Assembly: GCA_964057225.1 (NCBI GenBank) | Contig: OZ059896.1 | Location: forward strand, 7,502,001 to 7,566,000 | Direction of reading: 5' to 3' | From: Auanema rhodensis | Taxonomy: Eukaryota; Animalia; Nematoda | Length of the DNA: 64,000 nucleotides | Shown here: piece by piece, positions 14,501 through 25,712 of the stretch | How the letters are laid out: every line of letters begins with the position of its first letter | Numbering within the stretch: the stretch's first letter is position 1 | Notes under the pieces: generated by a model | What the model was told of the DNA's origin: nothing | Database searches by the model: none | The model's input: only the letters and a program-made list of their open reading frames with translations | Program-made: the position numbers and the translations under genes

Positions 14501-15275
14501 ATTTGAAGATCAAAAAAGGTTGTAAAGTAGAAATGTCCTCAGTGAACTCAAGGATGACATCTGTTTCGTTTGGCATATCTCTGAATATGTTTCTTCTATC
14601 CCTTCCAAAGCCTGAAGGGATGAATGATCAGGGTCAGAAGTTCGATGAAATTGTGTGGTCATTCATGCCATCTCTTGGAACAGCTGACTTTCCAGCTGAT
14701 CAAAAATTCGTTTTCAAGAGAAGTAGATAGTGAAAGAGAAATAATCATTAAGAAATCTTGAACTATTTATAAAGATCTCTTCAATGATTATTTCATTTTA
14801 AATTTTAAAATTCATAAATGAAAATGTGAATTGTCTTGAATAATCGTTACTATACACATCAATTCTTGAGGATGAATCATTTATGGATGATAAGTTGTTG
14901 ATAAAGTTTTGTATGAATAAACTTGAACTTATTCATGAACTATGCGTATTATCATAAAAATTATAATTAAGCGAATGCTAATTTATAAATAAAAATACCA
15001 ATAAATAAACAAATACACATACTATATACCAGCATAACTATATAAACTTAAATACTTATATTATCAGTTTGGGTGGTATTGTTGCCAAAGGCAATGGTTT
15101 TTAAAATAAAATGAAAATCATTAGAGTGTAGTATATGAAATATAGATAGTATAAAGAGAAAACAATGAAAGAGGTCTATGATAACCATTGGTCTTTATCC
15201 TTTATCACATACATAATACATCAAACTTGTATTATACTGTAAGAAATATCTTTTATTGTTTTATTTCTCCCTCTC

Positions 15276-15312
<37 letters not shown>

Positions 15313-18300
15313 TTCACTACTATAGAAGGGATGCTGATAGTATTCTGTTTCTGAGAATCTGTCTTTCATCCAATCTCATCATTTTCTCCGAGTTACACTA
15401 AGGGGTCATAATCTCTAACACTTTTTGTTCTTTTTATAGTTATCAAAGCAACATAGCATAGTATTATTTTTATTTTCTTTTGTTTTTGTATTATTGTGAC
15501 AATTTTTTTCTTTTTTTTTTCTTAAAAAATGTCTTTCACGGAGCTAAAACTTTTAATAAAACTTTCATTTGCAGTACGACAAAACTATCACGTATTATTT
15601 AATTTTATAAATTTTCTTTAATTATTCAAAATAAATTTCATAATTTTACACATATGTGCTTGTATTTAATTCTTGTGATTATACAATAAAGATGAAGAAT
15701 TACTATTTATACAATATTATCTATAATTCAATTGATAACAAACTTGAACCTAAATGAATGAAAAGCTTTAAATATAAACTATTAAATTATTAATTTAAAA
15801 AAGAAAAATAATTAGTTATACAAACTTATACAAATTTATTTTATAAATATTGTTTAATAGATTATGTTATTTAATTATCTTAATTAACTATTTTATTTCA
15901 ATAAAATAAATATTTGAAATATAAGAAGTACATGTTTATAGAACTAACTATGTCATTTTCAACATTTTTTTTCCAACAAAAAAAGATTATTAGTAGATAT
16001 TTCTTTCTACTCACTTCCAGAAATATAAGGAAAATGCTGAAAAGATGCTTAGAGTTGCTTAAACTGAAAATCAGATTATTTCAAACGGAATAGTAAACAG
16101 AAGAACAGAATAGTGTAGGACAGAGGTAAACATACCATTTGCATCGTAGTTTGTTGAATATTTTTTTCTTTTTTTAACTTTTTTTTGACAATCAACAGCG
16201 CAAAACTCTTACATGAACTCTAATGATTCTTATTTACATTCTCTTGTCTTTTCCTTTTCTTTCTTATTCTACCACTACTCCTGAACAAATCACAAATTCA
16301 ATTTTTACACAACATTTGCTACAAATTACATTAAGTTGTCTGATTATGTCGACTGTTATAACTGATGTCTAACGACAACGAAGATTTCTGTCTCTCCATC
16401 TCTAAAGATCTAATTCTCTTCAAATCATTCATCTAGATGTTTTCTCTAATCTCTAATTTTTTCTTCCTTCCTTACATCTTTAGTTCTTGTCCTACTCTTT
16501 TGGCAAATCAAGCTTGTGTCTATATATTGTCCATGCTACAAGAAAAAGTGAAGAGGACCATCTTCAAGTGGAATTGCAAAAAGAATTAGGAGATCGACAC
16601 AAAAATTGGTGACAGACGACAAAAACATAACTCTCTCTCTCTCTCTCTCTTTCATTTCCCTCTCTCTCTCTCCTAATATGAATGTTGCTCTTCGGAATAT
16701 ATTTACTATATACATATATACTATACAAATATCATCAATAGTCGAAAGGGATTTTTACTATATGTAATAGATTAAATATAAATTTCTGGTTTTATTAATT
16801 TGGATAATTTTATATTATAAATTATACTTATTTTGGATTTTATAGATATACGTATAGTATACATGATCTGTCTCTTGTTTGTTGTAATATTCATATCTTG
16901 AAGACGTTTTCTACTTTCTATTACTGTATATGAAAATGACGACAACATCGGCAGCAGGATGACGACATCATCAACATGACGACGACTTTTGACAACTGGA
17001 CCCAGGAGATTATCTTTTGACTTGTAAGCATTTTACTTAGCCGGCTTCATTGCATACCGTATACCATGTATGCTTGTTTATTTTGAGTTCTTCTAAGACA
17101 TTGTCACCAGCACTGCTTAACCACATAACAATACAATCCCCAGAAGACGTTGCCGGTTCTGTTGAATGTCATCCGACCCGTCAACGCCGTTTGACGTCGT
17201 CACCGCATTCGTGTCAACTCCATGACGTACAGCATATGCCGGATGATGAGCCTGGTTGACACTTGTCATCACATACTTACAATGTCTTACTATTAAGTAA
17301 GATTGAAAATTTGTTGGAAACATACATGCTTTTCAGTATTCTTTTATGAAAAGAGGGAATAACTCAAAAAGTTAAAATATGTATATCTTCAAAATTTAAA
17401 AATAGAAATTTTATTATTTTACCAAATAATTTATATTATATTTGAATAATATCCGATGTATATTTTGCTCTTAGAACACTATTTTATGAATAATCTAATA
17501 AATACAACCGACTTCTGCAAAAAGAAAAATAAAAAATATTTATTTCACGTCGTTTACGTGATTTTCAGTGAAAATGCTTGAATTTCTGTCTTCTAGACTA
17601 TTTTCTTTGCCTCATTTTCAATGAATAATAAACTATTTACATTATTTTAATATAATTTAATACATAAATATATACTATATACTATATACTATATATAATA
17701 AATATGATTTTTTTTAAAAAACTATAAACAGATTTTGACTTATTGTTCATTCCCCTTCTGTTGTCAACTATGTATGTGAGCTGGTCTTAATAGAAAGAAA
17801 AATTATAATATAATTCTGTTAATTAACAGAATTTATATTTGAATTTGAATTTGAATTTTAAAAATAATCCTTAACAAATTTTGATCGTTTATAAAGGTTT
17901 CATTGTGATTATAGAGTAAACATGGTATTGAATACTAAATATCTTTTTAAAACAAAAATATGACAAACTCAATAAGAAGAAGAATTGAATTGAAATCATC
18001 AAATTAACTATTGGAAAGCATTGTAATATGAATTTCTAAGGATTTTTATTTTATAAATTAGAAAACATATGATAAAGAAAATAATAATTGATTTTTGATA
18101 ATTTTAATTTAAATTCGGAAGTAAAAGAAGAAAAAGTAATTCAATGATGTCAGACATACCTTCTATTCGATATCTTATATTATACATACGATAACTTCTA
18201 ATTAATCTTTTTTTTTCTTTTAAATATTATCACATATCAATTTCATACTAGATATACATATACGTATATATAGATATAGATATAGATATATATATATATT

Positions 18301-18901
18301 TAGTCATTTTTATATAAATATCCATTGTTATTTATACTTATATAGTATTCTCTTACCTCATTTAGCTTATACTTAATTTCAAATTTTACTTCAAATCAAA
18401 GATACTTTGATCACCACGAGAAAATTCATTCTTTTCATTTTTTCATTATATGGAAACTATAGTTTTTGACCTTGAAATCATAGTAATTAGAATGAAATAG
18501 TTTATAATATTATAATTAAAATATAGTTAACTATATATATATATATATATATATATACAATTATTAATTCTTCTAAATACTTTTCCTAATGCAAGCTCTG
18601 GGGCCGGTACGTCAATGTATGTTCTTCACTCTCATATACATTAATACATATATCTAAAATATACATATATAGTCAGTATAGTATATAACTAAGTAAAAAT
18701 CTTTTATTATTATATAATATATTATTAAATAAAGTTTTTATATTGTTTTAATGTAAAATAAATAATATATTCTATGTACTATATCATATATGTAGATTTT
18801 ATTTTTATTTTTCAATAAATAAAATATTTATATTTTTTTTTTAAAATAATAAAAATGTATACAGCCCTGTGCAATGAATCTTGGATATCTTACAGATTTA
18901 A

Positions 18902-19159
18902 ATGATGTTTCTATATTTTTTTAAGGATATAATATGTTTTTTGGCTATCAGTGAGCTTCAACAGCTGAATCTTCCTGAAGATTTTATGAAGAGAACTTTG
19001 TCAATGTACAACCAAATTACCAATCCTATTCAAAAGAAGAGACTCGAAACAGTATATCAGAAGATTATACCTGAAGTCTTGATGAAACTCATGAAATTCA
19101 AGAAAGAATACTTCAAGCAATTAATAAACATTTCAGAAACACGAGGAAAATACTTTTAA
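18902..19159 (+). CDS. Candidate orphan 85-aa helical protein, convergent with the neuropeptide gene
   Basis: Non-repetitive 85-codon ORF with protein-like composition in very AT-rich DNA, a hydrophobic N-terminus and a TTACAG acceptor 6 nt before the ATG. No family recognised. Confidence 0.35.
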   Translation: MMFLYFFKDIICFLAISELQQLNLPEDFMKRTLSMYNQITNPIQKKRLETVYQKIIPEVLMKLMKFKKEYFKQLINISETRGKYF

Positions 19160-19385
19160 AAATGATTTTTTGAAGTTTTAAGATTTTTTCTGAATTCATT
19201 ATCGTTTTTTCACACTCAACATATAGTTATATATTTATTTTATTGTATATTCATGTATATATGTAACAGATTGAAAATTTTTATTTGAAACACGTCAAAT
19301 TAGAAAATAATAATAGTATGATTATTAAAATCAAAATTACGTTTTTTTTTTTCAGTTAAAATAAAAACAAAATGAAACGTTATAA

Positions 19386-20295
19386 CTATGCTCTGCTATT
19401 AGCAAAGTTTGAACGACGAATTCCAATTATTGTATTTTGAGTCAGCATACATTGAACTGGAGAAAAGAAACAATTTCGATTCATTCTGGTTGGCTTGCTC
19501 GCAACGATACTATCCTGATGATTGGATAAATGTCTAAAATTTATAAAAAACTTTATAATAATTATTATTTTTACATTGAAATTTTCATTATCAGCTGGAT
19601 ATTTGATGATACAGGTATATTGGGATTAAATGAAAAATATTTTTTTAAATCTTTCTAATGAAGCATTGAAACGAGCTAACACCTGGAAATGTCAACTGTT
19701 TGTTTTGCTTTGATCAGATTGAAACTGAAACTAGATGCAACTTTAGATTGAATTTTCAATTAAAATTGATATTATTTCAGGTAAATAGTTCAGATAAATA
19801 AATAGATAATTAATATAGTTTAAAATATTTTAAGTTGAAAAAGTAAGTTTCAAAATGTGCAAATACTCTGCAAGTAATCTGCCGGAAATAAATAATGTTA
19901 TTATAACATAAATACATATAAGTTAATAGAAATTAATGCTTTAACATCAAGTTTTAAAATATAAAAATATTTCGAATATAAGGATTCGAAGGTGAAGGAG
20001 AATATTCATATTATTTTTACGCTCTTCTCTCTTTTTCAAGCTCATCTCTCTTATGTACTCCCTCCTCCTCCTCCTCCTCCGCCTTCTCACTCACTATATT
20101 CTGATTTTGATCATATGATGATTTTCTTAAGATTAAGATATAGAAAGCTTTAATCGGAAACGTATTCCCAAATTTGTATCAGAAAATATAAACAAACCTG
20201 AGTAGTTTCTTATAATACACATGATCATCTGGTGACATCTCAGCATTACTAGCAACGAAGAAAAGAAGCAAGATAAACCAACATATCGACCTCAT
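19386..20295 (-). CDS. Allatostatin-C/somatostatin-like neuropeptide precursor (NLP type), 81 aa, 2 exons (20295-20198, 19533-19386)
   Basis: Exon 1 encodes a signal-peptide-like start MRSICWFILLLFFVASNA-EMSPDDHVYYKKLL and ends AG|GTTTGT (phase 2). Exon 2 follows TTTTAG in matching phase: RHLSNHQDSIVASKPTRMNRNCFFSPVQCMLTQNTIIGIRRSNFANSRA*. CFFSPVQC has the C-x6-C spacing and FxP core of AstC (CYFNPISC). A TTTTTAG acceptor lies 18 nt upstream of the ATG. Confidence 0.85.
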
Positions 20296-23200
20296 ATTGC
20301 TTGTATGTAATACCTAAAAATGAAAAAATATGTTCTAATTGAATCTTTTTTAATTTTTGTGAAATAAAAAATAGTAGAAAGAAATCAAAAGATGAAAAAT
20401 AAAAGAACAGACATTCATGATATGATGCAATCAAAGTAATGACGACACAAAGCATTTGATTTATTTTGACTCATATGATATTGAAGAGAAAAAGAACAAA
20501 AAAAACGAAGATATATGGATTTTCTGATCATCCAATCTTTCATTTTTGAGTTTTAATTCTTTTCCAAAATTAAAAAATAGAAGAAAATGTTCATATAATA
20601 TGTTATATTGAAGAAGTACATTATCATCATGTAACACTAAATATAAAGATGTTAAGATCATTAACTTAAGAACTTTAGAACAACATTAGAAACATTTCAT
20701 TTTTATTAAAATGATTAGTTTAAAATATTTTTAATAAAATTATGTTATATTTACAACATCCATCTAGATAAAATGAAGTTTGGAATGAAGCTGTTGGAGT
20801 ATGCAAGACTAAAGACCGCCCCCATTTCCACCTCTCTGTTCTCCTTGCTTCACCCTTCATACTTCATATCTCACCCTCCCTCTGCTTTTCCCACCTCCTT
20901 GATTTTTACTCCAATCCTTTACTTTTGTTATCATTTTTATGTTTAAAATAATGACAAAAGTATTATGATCCGGTCACTTCTAAATTCATTGTATCCAATA
21001 AATATAACAAAAAAAAAACATTGTTGACTCATGATGCAGATGTACAAAATAGAGAACAGCTTCTTCACAATAAATTTTTAAAATATCCTTCACCCTTTCT
21101 CTCTCTCTCTCTCTCTCTTTGTATTTCTAACTATTTTCACCCCCTCACTCTTTTATATTTAAAATTAAAAGAATCGAATACATAAAAAAAGAGAAAAAAG
21201 GTGAACAAAAAAATACATGAATACATCTGTGAACTGAAATTCTTAAGGAGAAATTAATTCAAAACAGAAAGAATAGAAGGTACTCTATATACTATTCTGA
21301 TAATTTACAATCAAAATAGCTTAATATGAATAATCTAAATAAATAATCTAAATTAAATTAATTTTCAAATGGGAAGTAAAAAGCCGGCTGTATTGTGATA
21401 GTATATACAGGATATCTATGGTATCAACAAACCGCTGATCAATCTGTTATATGCTCTTTCTTTTTTTTTTTGAAATATTTGAATGCTAGCTAATTTTATT
21501 ATTATAATAATAAAAAAAACTAATTCGAGAAAAAAATTGATCAGATATTTGATAAAAGATAAAAAAAGACTGATAGAAGCCTAACTTGTATGATCGTTTA
21601 GAATATGAAAGTAATCTAAATGCTTAAAAGCACTAGGCTATCTTCCTATTAGAATTATTGCTGATGAAGCTACTTATACATATATATCTTATAATCTAAA
21701 CATTAGAAACATTTAAGATCAAAAAGGAAAACATATGAACCTAAAACTAAAATATTTGAATGTTTAAGATTATTAATGAGTATAAAACTTCTTTTTTTAA
21801 ATTTTAAAAATTAGATAGATTGAAAAAAAAAGAAATATTTATATATATACATGTAATTTAAATATTATTTAATGAAAATTGAATTAAATTTATCTTTATA
21901 TTCATTAATTCATATACATTTGTATTCCAGAAACAATCATTAAAAGTCAATTAAAGCTTCTGCAAAACCAAAAAATGCTAATCTATTCATTAATCCTGTA
22001 TGTTTTTTTTTATGAATTTTATTTTTCTTTTTTAATCATTTCTTTTCTTATTTCAATTAATAATCAAGGAAGTTTAAAATCTAATTTTCTCCCCCAAAAA
22101 AAAAAAATAAAAAGAAATCATTTTCCATAAGTAGAAACTACTTGAAAAAGCCCGAGAATGTGAAAATTGATATACACATGTATGTAGATGTGAATGGTGA
22201 TGATGTACATCTAGATAAGATGATGGGTATAATTTGTATTTTGGAAAAGAACTTGATCAAAGATAGTTGGAGTAAAGGACATATAAACGGAATAATTAAA
22301 TGTTAAAAATAATTACAAAAGACATCATTTTCCAACAAAAATTATACATTATATGTAAGTATTTACATCATAAATTAAAATATATCTTTAAAAACTATAC
22401 TATACGTATACATATACTATACTATATAATATTATATTTATATAATTTAATAAAAAAAAAGAAGATATATTACACGAATAATATAAAAAGAAAATGATAA
22501 TATTCGTCATATAGAATCTATTTAAAACAATTATTAATATAAAAAATATTAATATAGTTATACATAAATATAATATATAATATGAATACTTATATACATA
22601 TATGACGGATAAATATATATCTCAGCTATAACTATATATATATATATATAGTTATATATAGTTATAGTATAGTTATAGATATATACATATGTAGAAATGT
22701 TTGAAAAAAAAGATAAAAATACAATATGTATTACTGTAATGAAATATTTTATATGATTTTTCTTTCATATATATTTTATTTTTTTTTTACTATATAAATT
22801 ATAAAAATCTTATATTAAGTGTATATATATATATTAGAAAATATATACAGGAAATTGAAGAAAAAAAACATCCACTTAGCATTTGAATAGTTGAGATTGA
22901 GTGACGTTTTTATTCTTTTGCCTTATTAATTTCATCTCTTAACTATCATAGTTACATATAACTAATAATTTGATATATTATGTGAATAACTATTATTTCT
23001 TTGATATCAACTAATTTATATTGAAAGTTAAATAAAATCGAAAATTAAACCTTTAATAGTTAAGCATATTAATGAAAGTAATAGGAGAAAAAAGAAGTTA
23101 ATCCTACAAATGATAATATTAACACAATTCAATATAAAAGATAAATCTTTATTATATATAATAAAATATATAAATATGTATACATAAATATATATATATC

Positions 23201-23457
23201 TATGGAAAGATTGCCTATTGGAGATATGTTTTTTTCAAAAATAAGCTTACAACTCTCTCTATCTCTCTCTCTATCTCACTCTCTCTCTCTCTTTCTTCGT
23301 TTACCTTTACTATTCTTTTTCTCATATTATATATTTCTAACTAATAAAAGAAAAGTATAATTGTACAATCGTATACAATATTTTATAATATTTAAGGAAA
23401 ATTAGTAAATTATAAATAGATTCATATAGAAAATATTAAGAGATTCTAAAGCAATAG

Positions 23458-25481
23458 TTACGAAAAACTAATATAATTAAGTTGAATAACAGATCGACAA
23501 AACTCTTCACATACACTATCAGATAAAATAATATTTAAGAGTTTTTGTATATTAGTTGGAAGATTTTTCATCCATTCTATAGCTTCAATCATTGTTTGTT
23601 GTGAAAATTGTTGTTCTAATGTTGACCACCAGTGAAGAATCTGAATGAGATATTAGGAAATGATTCACGAAGAGAATTCAGTTTAAAAATTCAAAAAAAT
23701 TTAATTGTTTCCTTAAATAAAAGTACTTTATGTGGGATTTTTAATCATTATTCATATGATTTTTTCCGATAATTCTTATAATACTATATGAAAGTTCCAA
23801 ATAATTTTAAAAATATTATAAAGTATATATTTGCAAAAAAAGATTGCAAATAGTAAATATATCATTTGATACAGTTCCACATAAACAATATTTAATTGAT
23901 TAAAATATATAAAAAAAAAGAAAAAGTAAGACTTACCACATCGTTTAATCGAGCAGTCAAAACACATTGAGTAACATAGAATATATTCATTGGATCTGGT
24001 CCAGCATTTTTTAAATTATTCTGAAAGGAAAGAATAATTCTCTAAATTGTTCATAATTGTCTTTATTATATAACTGTCATGATATAACGTTTTTTTTTCT
24101 CATAAAATATTTCTATTTTTCTAATATTCAACGATGACGTGAATATTAATCTGAATTTTTAAAAAAAAAAAGAAAACATTTTTCCTGGTGGTGAAGCAGT
24201 TTTTGTGCAAAAGCTTCTCCTTATAGATGTAACAGAGTATGATCCAACTCTATATGTATATTCAAATTTTGAAAATAAAATGAAAGTTTCATCAATCGTA
24301 TTGATACATAGTTACCAATTTTACTTTTAACTTGTTATAAATTAAATTTTTCTTTATACCTCTAATATTTGAAATAATATTTCTCGTCTATTTTCATTAG
24401 GCCATGGTGAACGAATATGTTTTTGTGACCAAAAAAGCTGATTTGTATTGTCAATCTGATCCATCAAAATAATAATTCTGAATATAAATGTATAATTAAA
24501 CTTAAATATTTTGATATAATTAACTTATATCCGTTATTTCGTAAATATGCTAAGCTGCATAACATTGGTGGTATTTCAGGGCATAGGATATCTGGATTAA
24601 GTGACTGACAGATAACAGACTTGAGTTCATGTTCTGATTTTTGATTTAATCCGAATGTATGATTAATATCAATGATTAATATCTGAATAACGATTATGAG
24701 ATTGAAAGAAAAAGCTATTATAGAGATTGGAAATCCGTAAAAATCTCAAATCAAATTATCTTATAATACCTCAAGCGGATTGGCGTCAACGAAACATCGC
24801 ATCTTCTCCAGTACTTGTCTCAAATCTGGGCCATAGAGAGCATGCACAAGAACAAAATCCTAAAGATCATTGATGCAGATGATGTATATAATCACATCAT
24901 TTATTAGATTTAACTTCGAACTAACCCCAGCTTTTGGCCTCACTCTATCCGGAGGATATGAGACACGGAAATCAAAGTATCGTACTCCAGATCGTAATTG
25001 GTCTTCAATGCTTAGTCTGACAAATTAGTTATTTTAGACTAGAAAGAAGTACAGCAAATAACAAAAAAGGGAAATAAATTCAAATTGCTTCACAAAAAAA
25101 CCTTTGGGTTGTAGCCCATCTCTTTATCCCTTTCCGGATTCGTGGAATCTTTCCGGCAAAAGCGACGATTCCCTCCTCATCGTTTGCAACTGGCAGCTTA
25201 CAACTTAAACTCTTATCAGCTCCGGAATCATGTGATCCTAAATTTTACTTTTTTCTCCCATAAAAAATGAAATTTAAACAATTAAAAATATTTAAAAAGA
25301 AATATTTATTAAATACAAAGAAATTCGAGTATACCCGGGATCTTCAAATGGCAGACGGGTATCGTCGTTAAGTAAGGTGGCAGATTAGTCATCCAACGTG
25401 ACAAGTCTTCTATATGAGAAATATGGAAATATGAAAACATTTACTAATAACCATACCAATTTGGCTTATTTCAGATGTCAT
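23458..25481 (-). CDS. PI-specific phospholipase C X-domain-only protein (PLCXD1/2/3-like), multi-exon
   Basis: Spliced translation MTSEISQIEDLSRWMTNLPPYLTTIPVCHLKIPGSHDSGA...RWATTQRLSIEDQLRSGVRYFDFRVS...FVLVHALYG...NPLEILIIDINH...IRSPWPNEN...FYVTQCVLT...LNIILSD...LNYISFS*. It carries the IPGSHDS, QLxxGVRYFDxR and second catalytic His motifs of PLCXD proteins. Introns are GT-AG with consistent phases. Confidence 0.9.
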
Positions 25482-25712
25482 AAGCAGTCCGATTTCAAAC
25501 TATATATATATATATATATATATACAATTATTAAAAATATATAAAATATAATAATAATAATAATTGAAATATTATAAACATGAATTAAACGAATTTGATA
25601 CAAACTCGTAACCGTTTGAGGAAATATGCAGAGTAATGGAAACACTTCAATCATAAAAACATCAAATACAAAAAAAATCAAAGTTTATGCTTTTCAATAA
25701 GGAATGATTCAA

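Noticed and set aside
14476-14730. 84-aa + strand ORF with open frames on the opposite strand
   Set aside because: No recognisable homology, and no supported splice partners or preferred frame.
19575-19682. Exon-like segment inside the neuropeptide intron (TTCCAG ... GTAAAA)
   Set aside because: Stops in all three frames as assembled, and the wrong entry phase; exons 1 and 2 join correctly without it.
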